The notes beneath the pieces were generated by a model, which did not search any database, was not told the DNA's origin, and saw only the letters and a list, made by a program, of their open reading frames with translations. Source: Nitrospirota bacterium (GTDB taxonomy: Bacteria; Nitrospirota; Thermodesulfovibrionia; Thermodesulfovibrionales; SM23-35). Taken from it: DNA of 61,848 nt. The position numbers were made by a program, and so were the translations under genes. This document shows, piece by piece, positions 38,939 to 48,242 of the stretch. The first letter of the stretch is position 1; every line of letters begins with the position of its first letter. Where the stretch lies: positions 1 to 61,848 of the forward strand of contig JBFMDQ010000005.1 of the NCBI GenBank assembly GCA_040753955.1. The letters run 5' to 3'.

Positions 38939-39952
38939 GTGAAGAAAGAGGCATATTTATACAATAGGCTTGATGAAGGAAAGGTTATGTGCCACACGTG
39001 TCAGAGGAGATGTGTAATCTCGGAAGGGAAAAGGGGCTGGTGTCATACGAGGCTAAATGAAGGTGGGAAACTCTTCAGCCTGATATATGGAGAGGTTTCC
39101 TCACTATCAATAAACCCAATTGAAAAAAAGCCTGTCTTTCATTTCTATCCTGGCTCGAGATGGCTCTCCCTGGGAAGTGTGGGATGTAACTTTCGCTGTC
39201 TTGGCTGCCAGAACTGGGATATAGCCCATTGGAAGGAAGGACCGATGTACACGGAACACCTATCTCCAGAGGAATTGGTTTCTAAGACGAAGGCCACTCG
39301 TTCTTTAGGTATTTCGTGGACTTTCAATGAACCGGCTTTATGGTTTGAATACACCCTTGATGGGGCAAAACTTGCAAAGGCTCAAGGACTCTATACTAAT
39401 TATGTAACTAATGGTTTTATTACAGGAGAGGCCTTTGACATGATCGCGCCCTATCTTGATGTCTATAGAGTTGATATAAAAGGCTTCTCTGACAGGACAT
39501 ATCAGAGAATCGGTCACATAGAAAAGTTTAAAGGGATCCTCGAGATAGCTGAAAAGGCGAAGGAATACGGAATGCATGTGGAGGTCGTAACGAATATTAC
39601 ACCGGGATTCAATGATGACGAGAAAGAACTCCGGGGCATTGCATCATGGGTTAAAAATATCCTCGGCCCTGAAGTTCCCTGGCATGTTACAAGGTTTTAT
39701 CCCCATCTTAAGCTCAGCCATCTGCATCCAACACCTATCTCTGAACTCGAAAAGGCATGGTCTATAGGGAAAGAGGAAGGACTCTGGTATGTCTATCTCG
39801 GAAATGTCCCAGGCCACAGGTGGGAAAATACCTATTGTCATGTCTGTGGTGAACTGCTCATAGAAAGATATGTCTTTGAGATTATAAAAAATAAGCTTAA
39901 AGATAGTAGATGCCCGAAATGTAGCACTATTATACCAGGAAAATTTTCCTGA
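38939..39952 (+). CDS. AmmeMemoRadiSam-system radical SAM enzyme (PflX-like)
   Basis: N-terminal CxxC..C..C Zn domain; IEKKPVFHFYPG; CNFRCLGC SAM motif; C-terminal CxxC pairs. Confidence 0.9.
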   Translation: MKKEAYLYNRLDEGKVMCHTCQRRCVISEGKRGWCHTRLNEGGKLFSLIYGEVSSLSINPIEKKPVFHFYPGSRWLSLGSVGCNFRCLGCQNWDIAHWKEGPMYTEHLSPEELVSKTKATRSLGISWTFNEPALWFEYTLDGAKLAKAQGLYTNYVTNGFITGEAFDMIAPYLDVYRVDIKGFSDRTYQRIGHIEKFKGILEIAEKAKEYGMHVEVVTNITPGFNDDEKELRGIASWVKNILGPEVPWHVTRFYPHLKLSHLHPTPISELEKAWSIGKEEGLWYVYLGNVPGHRWENTYCHVCGELLIERYVFEIIKNKLKDSRCPKCSTIIPGKFS

Positions 39953-39958
39953 AGTGTT

Positions 39959-40125
39959 AAATCCTAAATTCTAAACAATATCAAATGACAGAAATCCAAA
40001 GTTATGATTCAGGGTATAAGAAAAGTTTTTTACATTTGAATTTGTTTAGGATTTAGACTTCGTCGTGAGCCCTCGACCTGAGCTCGGGCCGAAGGTTCAG
40101 TCGAACGACATCAGGATTCGGAATT
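39959..40125. repeat. Inverted heptamer-type element with a nested REP-in-REP insert, supplying the hel308 stop
   Basis: CTAAATTCTAAACAA 39964-39978 / TTGTTTAGGATTTAG 40042-40056 (14/15), then GACTTCGTCG...TCAGTCGAACG. Confidence 0.7.
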
Positions 40126-42264
40126 TAAAAGAGTCTGGTTTTTTATATCCTCTGCAATGGTCTTTCCCATAGCTGGCACTTTTGCGAGCTCCTCGATTGA
40201 CGCCTCTCTGATGTTTTTAAGAGTTTTATACCCTGCATCATAGAGATTTCTTGCCCTCACCCTTCCTATACCTCGCAGGGTCACGAGTGGGAGGAGTTCT
40301 TCCCTTACGCCATATATGACTCTCGTCCTCAAAAGTGACACAGCCTTTCCCCCCGCCTTCAAACTAAAGACCCTGGCTATCTCACCAGCCGAATAAAGAA
40401 GCCAATCCGAAAGCTCCACCAATGTGCGGAGGTCGCCCGGCCCTACACCAAAATGGCCGACTATCCTGTCTTCTGGCGTCTCCAGTATCCACTGCATCAG
40501 GAGAGAAGCGGTCTTAAGCTCGGAAAGAATCTCATCTGACGGATATCTTTCATCCTCGGGGATTAAAAGCTCTTCAGCGTGGGCATAGAATACTTCGATC
40601 ATCTCCCTATAGTCCTTCTTCCTCAGTTGAAGCACCATCATATCCGGTGTATGAGCTATCATATGAAGGAGAGGCAATACCTCTTTTCCCTTAGGCTGGT
40701 GCAAAGCATCCCTGATTATTAGGCCTGTCAAAGGGTCTATATAAAGCTCTGAGACGCGATGGCCAAACCTTGTGGCTGCAAATCCCCTTTTATCGGCTAT
40801 TACCATTCCCTCGGTTGCAAGAAAATCAACTATCTTATCTGTGATGGATGTGAGGTACCCAACCCCTCTCTGATAGGCAAAAAAGGTATGTTTCAGAAAA
40901 TCTATTAACTCTGCCTTGTTTCGTGTAAAGACACCTGCTATGGATGCAAGGATGTGGGACCTGAGGGCAGACTCATTGGCAAGTTGAGAAGTTATCTTTT
41001 CAGGCCTGCCAGCAATGTAATTCTTAAATAGGTTCTGTTCGTCCCTCTTATCTCGGGCTATGAGGATGGCTTCTCCATATCTATCAAACCCGGGTCTTCC
41101 CGCCCTTCCTGACATCTGTTTTATCTCGATGACAGGGATTGGACGGATTCCGAGTCCAAATTGGTACCTCCACCAATCTCGGATAATAACCCTTCGTGAT
41201 GGCAGATTCAGTCCCATCGCAAGCGTAGTGGTAGCAGCGACGAGCTTTATTTTGTTACCTCTGAAGGCATCCTCGATAAGTCTCCTCTGTGAGGAATTAA
41301 TACCCGCATGGTGGAAGGCAACACCTTTGCTTACACATTCGGCAAGTTTTTTACATAGTCGAGTTGGCTCTGGAGATGCCTCGATAACTTGCTCTGAAAG
41401 CCTTTTAAGAGATTCCTTTTCCTGCTCCTGAAGCATATCGGCAATATCCCAGGAGGCCCTACGAGCAACTGTCTCGGTTGACCTTCTTGTGTTTACAAAG
41501 ATGAGGGCTTGTCCAGCATCTTTTATAGTCTCAATGGCGAGATTTAACACATCCAGGTAGCTCACTTTCTCTATCCACTTTACAGAACCATCATTAAAGA
41601 TTACGGCACTATTAAAATAGACTCCCTCTCTGAGGGGTACAGGCCTCCAGTCAGATTCGATGAGCTGTGCATTAAGCCATGTGGCGATCTCGGCTGCATT
41701 CGGTATAGTAGCACTTAATGCTATAAACCTAAGTCCTGGATTCATCCACCTCAAACGGGTAAGGACAGCCTCAAGGGTGGGTCCCCTGTGGGAGTCTCCA
41801 AGGAGATGGATCTCATCTGCTACGACAAGGTTCACCTCCCTTAGCCATGAGGCACGATGCCTTAAGAGAGAGTCCATTTTCTCGTTTGTTGATATGATGA
41901 GGTCAGCGTTATAAAGCCAGGGATCTGCACTGTCGTAATCACCCGTGCTCTGCACTATCCTTATACCAATGTCTCTATACTTCTTTGAGAAGTCTTCAAA
42001 TTTCTCCCTAGCGAGGGCCCTTAAAGGCACAAGGTAAATAACCTTTCCTCCTGTCTTTAAAAACATCTTGAGTGCTGCTATCTCGGCGATAAGGGTCTTG
42101 CCAGATGCAGTAGGGGCTGCCACGACAAAAGAATCTCGACCTTTCAAGAGGTCTGCCTTTATTGCCAGAACCTGGGGCGGATAAAACTCCTTAAGACCTA
42201 TAGAAGCCAGAGTCTCTATGAGCCTCTCAGACCCGCCATAGGCACCTAAATCCCTTATATTCAT
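40111..42264 (-). CDS. Archaeal-type Ski2-like SF2 helicase Hel308
   Basis: APTASGKT, DEIH, SAT, FHHAG and QMSGRAGRPG motifs; C-terminal GIGRVRAR HhH domain. Confidence 0.9.
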   Translation of the reverse strand: MNIRDLGAYGGSERLIETLASIGLKEFYPPQVLAIKADLLKGRDSFVVAAPTASGKTLIAEIAALKMFLKTGGKVIYLVPLRALAREKFEDFSKKYRDIGIRIVQSTGDYDSADPWLYNADLIISTNEKMDSLLRHRASWLREVNLVVADEIHLLGDSHRGPTLEAVLTRLRWMNPGLRFIALSATIPNAAEIATWLNAQLIESDWRPVPLREGVYFNSAVIFNDGSVKWIEKVSYLDVLNLAIETIKDAGQALIFVNTRRSTETVARRASWDIADMLQEQEKESLKRLSEQVIEASPEPTRLCKKLAECVSKGVAFHHAGINSSQRRLIEDAFRGNKIKLVAATTTLAMGLNLPSRRVIIRDWWRYQFGLGIRPIPVIEIKQMSGRAGRPGFDRYGEAILIARDKRDEQNLFKNYIAGRPEKITSQLANESALRSHILASIAGVFTRNKAELIDFLKHTFFAYQRGVGYLTSITDKIVDFLATEGMVIADKRGFAATRFGHRVSELYIDPLTGLIIRDALHQPKGKEVLPLLHMIAHTPDMMVLQLRKKDYREMIEVFYAHAEELLIPEDERYPSDEILSELKTASLLMQWILETPEDRIVGHFGVGPGDLRTLVELSDWLLYSAGEIARVFSLKAGGKAVSLLRTRVIYGVREELLPLVTLRGIGRVRARNLYDAGYKTLKNIREASIEELAKVPAMGKTIAEDIKNQTLLNSES

Positions 42265-42375
42265 AAGTAAGCTTATCTCATAGGATTAAGAAATACAATA
42301 GATTAAGCCTAATCCGAGGCAATTCGCCTTTGGCGGATTGCCTGACCCAAAGTCCAAAATTTGCTAAACTAAATA

Positions 42376-43473
42376 ATGGCACAGTGCAAGATATGTAATG
42401 CTATTTCGAACTCCATCTCAAAGGAGCTCAGCATATGCCTTAAATGTATAAGGGAAAAACCTGATGATTCCCTTCCATTTGCAATGCAGGCTCATAGGAG
42501 GAGCAGGTCTGCCTTTGGGCTTCCTGAGAATCCTCCAAAGGATCCTAAGGGAGTTCCCTGCAGAATCTGCGTGAATGAATGCAGAATTCCCGAAGATGGA
42601 ACAGGATTCTGTGGATTGAGAAAAAATGAAGGAGGAAGGCTTATAGGTGTAACGGCAATGCAGGGCAAACTTTCATGGTATTATGACCCCCTTCCAACAA
42701 ATTGTGTTGGAGACTGGGTATGCCCCGGAGGGACAGGGGCAGGCTACCCAGAATATGCTTACTCACCAGGGCCTGAGATAGGATATAAAAATCTCGCAGT
42801 ATTTTTCCATGCCTGCTCTTTCAATTGCCTTTTTTGTCAGAACTGGCATTTCAAGAGGGAAACCTTACGGCCACAGACAACTTCTGTAAGTAAACTTGTC
42901 TCAGATGTTGATAAAAAGACCTCCTGTATCTGTTATTTTGGAGGTGACCCAACACCACAACTACCATTTGCACTCAGGGCATCGAGGCTTTCCCTCGAGA
43001 AGAATAAGGGAAGAATCCTCAGGATATGCTGGGAGACAAATGGCTCCATGAATAAAGCATTCCTTGATAAGATGATAGAACTCTCTCTGAATTCTGGTGG
43101 CTGTATAAAGTTTGATCTAAAGGCATGGGATGAAAATCTCCATATAGCCCTGACAGGTACCACTAATAAAAGAACCTTGGAGAATTTCTCAAGGGTTGGC
43201 GAAAAGATCAAGGTGAGACCTATCCCTCCTCTTCTAATTGCAAGCACCCTCCTTGTGCCAGGCTACATAGATGAGAAAGAGATAAGAGGCATTGCGAAAT
43301 TCATCGCCTCAATAGATCCTGATATTCCCTATAGCCTGCTTGCCTTTTATCCCCATTTTTATATGTCGGACATGCCTTTAATAACAAAGGCCCTTGCTAT
43401 GGGATGTCTCAGGGCTGCTCAAGAAGAAGGGGTCAAAAATGTGAGGATTGGGAATGTCCACCTGCTCGTATGA
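42376..43473 (+). CDS. PflX-like radical SAM protein with N-terminal Zn fingers
   Basis: CSFNCLFC motif; CKIC...CLKC and CRICVNEC...C; WETNG, KFDLKA. Confidence 0.85.
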   Translation: MAQCKICNAISNSISKELSICLKCIREKPDDSLPFAMQAHRRSRSAFGLPENPPKDPKGVPCRICVNECRIPEDGTGFCGLRKNEGGRLIGVTAMQGKLSWYYDPLPTNCVGDWVCPGGTGAGYPEYAYSPGPEIGYKNLAVFFHACSFNCLFCQNWHFKRETLRPQTTSVSKLVSDVDKKTSCICYFGGDPTPQLPFALRASRLSLEKNKGRILRICWETNGSMNKAFLDKMIELSLNSGGCIKFDLKAWDENLHIALTGTTNKRTLENFSRVGEKIKVRPIPPLLIASTLLVPGYIDEKEIRGIAKFIASIDPDIPYSLLAFYPHFYMSDMPLITKALAMGCLRAAQEEGVKNVRIGNVHLLV

Positions 43474-43484
43474 ATAACCATGAA

Positions 43485-43567
43485 AGGGTTCGAGGATTCG
43501 AGGGTTCAAGGGTTCGAGTTTTATAAATTATTTCACTTGACCACTTGAATCCTTGACCCCCTGAACC
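43485..43567. repeat. Inverted pair of octamer arrays
   Basis: (AGGGTTCG-type)x4 at 43485-43516, then (CACTTGAC/TCCTTGAC-type)x4 at 43534-43567. Confidence 0.8.
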
Positions 43568-43581
43568 TTATTTTTGATTAA

Positions 43582-44268
43582 ATGGCTGAAATAGTAGAAG
43601 ATAAGAACCTGAGAAACAAAGTATTTGTCTTCGAAGACAGGATCCAGGCAGGCAGGAGGCTTTCAGAGTTTCTCTCAGATTATAGAGGTTCTGATTCAAT
43701 TGTACTTGCCATTCCGTCAGGAGGTATCCCTGTTGGAAAAGAGATAAAGGATGCCTTATCCCTTAATCTTGACCTGTTGATTGTTCGGAAAATCCAGATA
43801 CCCTGGAATCCTGAGGCAGGTTTTGGAGCTGTAAATCTTGATGGATATGTGATATTTAACGAGGAGCTTCTCCGTCAACTCTACCTCCCGGAAAGTGTGA
43901 TTAATACCCAGGTTGAGAAGACAAAAGAGATACTCAAGAAACGTGATGCGTTGTTCAGAAAAGGGAAGGATTTCCCCTCCTTAAAAAATAAAACGGCAAT
44001 CCTCGTAGATGATGGTCTTGCCTCAGGATATACAATGATTGCTGCTACGGAGTTCGTGAGGAAACGCAACCCCTCCAAAATCGTGATAGCCGTCCCCACA
44101 GCTTCTTATAAAACTGTCCAGAGGATCTCTCCCTTTGTGGATACCCTTTACTGTCTTAATATTAGAGAAGACCTTCCCTATGCTGTTGCCGAGGCATACA
44201 GAAACTGGTATGACCTGAGTGGTGAAGAGGTCTTTAGATTAATACAATCAGATCATTTAGTGGAGTAG
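43582..44268 (+). CDS. Phosphoribosyltransferase-fold protein
   Basis: FEDRIQAGRRL, LAIPSGGIPV and PRPP loop ILVDDGLASGYT. Confidence 0.9.
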   Translation: MAEIVEDKNLRNKVFVFEDRIQAGRRLSEFLSDYRGSDSIVLAIPSGGIPVGKEIKDALSLNLDLLIVRKIQIPWNPEAGFGAVNLDGYVIFNEELLRQLYLPESVINTQVEKTKEILKKRDALFRKGKDFPSLKNKTAILVDDGLASGYTMIAATEFVRKRNPSKIVIAVPTASYKTVQRISPFVDTLYCLNIREDLPYAVAEAYRNWYDLSGEEVFRLIQSDHLVE

Positions 44269-44356
44269 ATTGCTTTATTTCTTATGGTAAAAGAAGAAGC
44301 CAAAAAGGGTCAGACTTGTTTATTGACTTTCAGGGAGTAGAAGAAATCACCGTTAT

Positions 44357-44492
44357 CGCAACAGCCGATAGCAGAGTGCTTGAGGTTAATACACAAAGGC
44401 GACGCCCTTCTCGATCACTCGAAACGATACCCAAAATGACGCTTCGCTTGAACGCCTTTATAGGCATTTGTAACATGCATTATGAATGTTAG
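44357..44492. repeat. attC-like repeat family copy 3 (mosaic of copies 1 and 2)
   Basis: 44357-44412 matches 720-772; 44421-44492 matches 1336-1410 apart from a 3-bp indel and one substitution. Confidence 0.85.
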
Positions 44493-44532
44493 TGCTTTAA
44501 TGCTTTAATAAAATGGTCATTGCGAGGACTAA

Positions 44533-45687
44533 TTACTTCTTTGCTGCCTCTCTTATCAAAGCCTGACTTATTATATTCCTCTGTATCTGATTCGTACCTT
44601 CATAAATTTGGAGAATCTTTGCATCACGCATCATCTTCTCAACAGGATACTCTCTCATGTACCCTGAACCACCCATAACTTGGACTGCATTTGTGGTGAC
44701 ACGCATTGCCATATCTGTTGCAAAGACCTTTGCTATGGCAGATTCCTTTGATATATCCCTGGCACCGCTGTCCATGTACCGTGCAACGGAATATACGAGC
44801 GCCCTTGCCGCCTCTATTTCTGTTGCCATGTCAGCAAGTATGTGTTGAACAGCCTGAAAACTGATTACTGGATGTCCGAACTGAACACGCTGTCTGGCAA
44901 ACTTCATAGCCTCTTCAAAGGCACCCTGCGCCACTCCAACACCCTGTGCGCCAACTCCTGTTCTCGAGTTGTCGAGGGTCTTCATAGTGACAATGAAACC
45001 CATTCCTTCCCTGCTCAAGATATTTTCCTTAGGGATCCTGCAGTTGTCGAATATGAGCTCCCTCGTGGCAGACGCCCTTATGCCCATTTTCTTTTCCTTT
45101 TTACCAAAATGAAAACCGGGGGTCTCCTTTTCGACGATAAATGCAGATGCACCTCTTGCACCCTTCGATTTGTCTGTCATGACTATAACTGTATAAATCT
45201 CTGCCTCTCCTCCATTAGTAATCCACTGCTTTGTTCCATTTAATACATATTCATTACCCTCAAGCTTTGCTGTAGTCTGTATCCCGGCAGCATCACTTCC
45301 TGCATTCGCCTCAGTGAGGGCAAATGCAACGAGCCTCTTCCCTGCTGCGATATCAGGGAGGTATTTCCTCTTCTGTTCTTCAGAGCCAAAAAGAAGGATC
45401 GGGTATGTACCGAGGGCATTTGCTGCATAGGTTGTTGATACACCAAGGCATGCCCTTGACAGTTCTTCAACGGCGATACATAGTTCGAGACATCCCTTTC
45501 CAAGACCTCCATATTCTTCCGGGATGAAGAGACCAAAGAGATCTGACTGTGCAAGAACCTTCATTATCTCCCATGGGAATTCCTCTTCCTCATCAAGTTC
45601 CCCTCTCACAGGAACAACCTTTTCCTCTGCTATCTGCCTGACCAGGTCTTTAATCATCATCTGGTCTTCAGTTAAAAAATAGTCCAT
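44533..45687 (-). CDS. Acyl-CoA dehydrogenase (butyryl-CoA dehydrogenase-like)
   Basis: FALTEANAGSD, WITNG, KMGIRAS, GGSGY and IYEGTNQIQR motifs. Confidence 0.95.
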   Translation of the reverse strand: MDYFLTEDQMMIKDLVRQIAEEKVVPVRGELDEEEEFPWEIMKVLAQSDLFGLFIPEEYGGLGKGCLELCIAVEELSRACLGVSTTYAANALGTYPILLFGSEEQKRKYLPDIAAGKRLVAFALTEANAGSDAAGIQTTAKLEGNEYVLNGTKQWITNGGEAEIYTVIVMTDKSKGARGASAFIVEKETPGFHFGKKEKKMGIRASATRELIFDNCRIPKENILSREGMGFIVTMKTLDNSRTGVGAQGVGVAQGAFEEAMKFARQRVQFGHPVISFQAVQHILADMATEIEAARALVYSVARYMDSGARDISKESAIAKVFATDMAMRVTTNAVQVMGGSGYMREYPVEKMMRDAKILQIYEGTNQIQRNIISQALIREAAKK

Positions 45688-45710
45688 TACTTTCCTCCAT
45701 TAAATATAGA

Positions 45711-45755
45711 AGTGAATAGTCAGACCAAGTACTGTTCACTATTCACTATTCATTA
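45711..45755. repeat. (TTCACTA)x3 heptamer with an upstream inverted partner
   Basis: AGTGAATAGT 45711-45720 / ACTATTCACT 45738-45747. Confidence 0.75.
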
Positions 45756-45767
45756 TATACTATCTCC

Positions 45768-47141
45768 TTATGCACTTATATCGGTCGGGCCAAAAAGAAG
45801 ACTCGGGGCACCTACATTACCAAAAAACCTGAGGTCATCTCCTGATGCTTCTATATTTTCAAAAAAGGATAAGATATTCCCTGAAATTACTGCCTCCCTA
45901 ACAGGAAACTCTATTTCACCCCTTTCGACCCAGAGCCCTGAAACACCTATAGAGAATTCCCCTGAAATCGGATTAACAAAATGTATCCCCATCGCCTCGG
46001 TAACATAGAGGCATTTGCCAGATGCCCGGAAGAGCTCCCCGAGGCTCGCTACATCGGATTTCGAGACAGCCTCGATATACAGATTCGATATCCCGACAGA
46101 CGGAAGGCCTGAAAATCCGCTCTTCACGGCGTTGCCCGTTGATGAAACACCATCCTTCTTTGCTGTGTATGTATTATAGAGATACCCCTTAAGGAGACCC
46201 TCTTTTATCAGGGTCTTTTCCCTGGAAGACACGCCTTCATCGTCAACAGGCCTGCTCCCGAGTTTTCCTGAAAGAAGTCCGTTGTCAATAATGCTTATCT
46301 TTTGGCTGATAACCTTTCTGCCAATTTTCCCCGATAGGAGGGATTTCCCTTTCTGTACATTCTCTGATGATAGGGATGATGCGAATACCCCCATGAACTC
46401 AGCAGCCACTAAATTATCGAGGATCACAGGTGTCTTTTGAGCATTCATCCTCCTTGAACCTAGAAGCTGTGCAGCACGCCTTGCGGCATTCCGACCCACA
46501 TCCTCGAATGAGACTTCATCCAGGAATCTGGACCCTGCAAAATACCACCCCATCTGGCTATCAAGCCCATCTTCTGCCATCGCCATGATCTGTGCCGTGC
46601 ACGCTGTCGAGGAATATTGCCTATCTATACCCTTGGAATTCATTATTGTAATGTCTGTCTTTGAAAAAGTCCCGCGTGCCTTTCTAATATTTTTGATCCT
46701 TTCATCCTCTTCATATGCTGCCTTCTCCAGGAGGGAGACCCTTTTTACAGCCTCTTCTTCTCCTATCGAACTTATCCTCGGATCGAATATATCCACACTG
46801 CAGGAATCTGATCCTGAAACAAGTTCAGGATCGGGTAGTTCGAGGTACTCGTCCCTGTCAGCCCACCTCGCAGCCTCTACTGCATTATCCACAACAGACC
46901 TGATATCACCCATGTCTGTTGAATAAGAAAAACCAAGTCTTGTATCTTTAATAACACGCAGAGAATATCCAAAGCTGAGGGATGATTCAAGGGCATCTGC
47001 CTTCTGACCCTTTATCTCGATCGAGAGATTCTTTGAAGACTTTATATAAACCTCGGCCTCATCTGCATCTTTCTTCAGGGCTTTACTTACGAGATATTCT
47101 GCAAATTCTCTTATTGAGCTTGTCGAAATATCAGTCCTCAT
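45768..47141 (-). CDS. pmbA: TldD/PmbA family protein (PmbA/TldE-type)
   Basis: ADEAEVY, GYSLRVI, DDEGV, STGNA, NPISGEFSIG and GNVGAPS motifs; no HExxxH. Confidence 0.85.
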   Translation of the reverse strand: MRTDISTSSIREFAEYLVSKALKKDADEAEVYIKSSKNLSIEIKGQKADALESSLSFGYSLRVIKDTRLGFSYSTDMGDIRSVVDNAVEAARWADRDEYLELPDPELVSGSDSCSVDIFDPRISSIGEEEAVKRVSLLEKAAYEEDERIKNIRKARGTFSKTDITIMNSKGIDRQYSSTACTAQIMAMAEDGLDSQMGWYFAGSRFLDEVSFEDVGRNAARRAAQLLGSRRMNAQKTPVILDNLVAAEFMGVFASSLSSENVQKGKSLLSGKIGRKVISQKISIIDNGLLSGKLGSRPVDDEGVSSREKTLIKEGLLKGYLYNTYTAKKDGVSSTGNAVKSGFSGLPSVGISNLYIEAVSKSDVASLGELFRASGKCLYVTEAMGIHFVNPISGEFSIGVSGLWVERGEIEFPVREAVISGNILSFFENIEASGDDLRFFGNVGAPSLLFGPTDISA

Positions 47142-47502
47142 AGTATGTGGCAGATGAGGTCTCTGACTCCCAGACAGTTACAGCAGAGAGATGGATGTTT
47201 TCATCATTTGTTTTTTTTCTCAGGGAGTCATAAATCCATTTTGCAATGTTCTCAGAGGATGGATTTTTTTCAGTAAAGGGGAATATTTCATTCAGAATGC
47301 TGTGGTCAAGGGGGGAAATGACCTCATCGGTGAGCCTTTTGAGCTCATGAAAATCTATTGCTATATCTATCTCATTGAGCCTCTCTGCGATGACACGAAC
47401 CTGGACTTTCCAGTTATGACCATGAAGGCGTTCACACTTTCCCATGTACCCTTTCAACTGATGGGCTGCTGAGAATGTGGTCTCTACCATAAGTTCAAAC
47501 AT
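47131..47502 (-). CDS. queD: 6-carboxytetrahydropterin synthase
   Basis: FSAAH, CERLHGHNW, LDH, NPSSENIA and VWES motifs. Confidence 0.95.
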   Translation of the reverse strand: MFELMVETTFSAAHQLKGYMGKCERLHGHNWKVQVRVIAERLNEIDIAIDFHELKRLTDEVISPLDHSILNEIFPFTEKNPSSENIAKWIYDSLRKKTNDENIHLSAVTVWESETSSATYYED

Positions 47503-47556
47503 AATGAATTCCCTGACCCCTGACTCTTTACCCCTGACGGAATATTCCGATATATT

Positions 47557-48093
47557 TTACACAGACTTCTTGAATATCGCTATATAGGGAAGATTCCTAA
47601 ACTTGTTATCATAGTCCAGTCCATAGCCGACCACAAATTCGTTTAGTATCTCAAAACCCACATAATCCAGAGGAACATCTACTACCCTTCTTTCTTTTTT
47701 GTCCAGAAATACACATATCTTAAGACTCCTGGGACCCCTCGCAAGAATCCTTTCCCGTATAAGATTGAGGGTAATACCTGAATCAACTATATCCTCTACA
47801 AGAAGCACATCCCTGTCTGAAACTTCTTCTCTAAGGTCGTGATAGATCTTCACTTCTCCTGTGGTATCGGTCTTCACATAGCTTGAGGCTATTATGAAAT
47901 CAACCGTAAGAGGGACATTAATGGCCCTGACAAGGTCTGAAAAAAACATGAATGCGCCTTTGAGAATTCCCACAGCCAAAATGTTCTTGTTAGCATAATC
48001 ATTCGATATCCGCTCTGCAAGCTCTTTAACTTTGGCCTGTATCTGCTCGGTTGTAAGAAAGGGCTTACCTATGACCATTGGATCCTCCTTCAT
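47557..48093 (-). CDS. hpt: Hypoxanthine phosphoribosyltransferase
   Basis: GILKGAFMF, VEDIVDSGITL and FVVGYGLDY motifs. Confidence 0.95.
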   Translation of the reverse strand: MKEDPMVIGKPFLTTEQIQAKVKELAERISNDYANKNILAVGILKGAFMFFSDLVRAINVPLTVDFIIASSYVKTDTTGEVKIYHDLREEVSDRDVLLVEDIVDSGITLNLIRERILARGPRSLKICVFLDKKERRVVDVPLDYVGFEILNEFVVGYGLDYDNKFRNLPYIAIFKKSV

Positions 48094-48226
48094 TTAAATG
48101 CTTCAATGATAACCGTATTTAATACAAAATAGCAATCGCAGTCATCAATCAAAAGATTATCAGTCATAAGATAAAACTCCAGACTTTTGACTTGTGACTC
48201 CCGATACATTCAAGGGTGTTATAATA

Positions 48227-48235
48227 AGAAAAAAA
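48227..48235 (+). promoter_or_regulatory. Extended -10 element for addBA
   Basis: TGnTATAAT 8 nt before the ATG at 48243. Confidence 0.45.
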
Positions 48236-48242
48236 CATTGAG

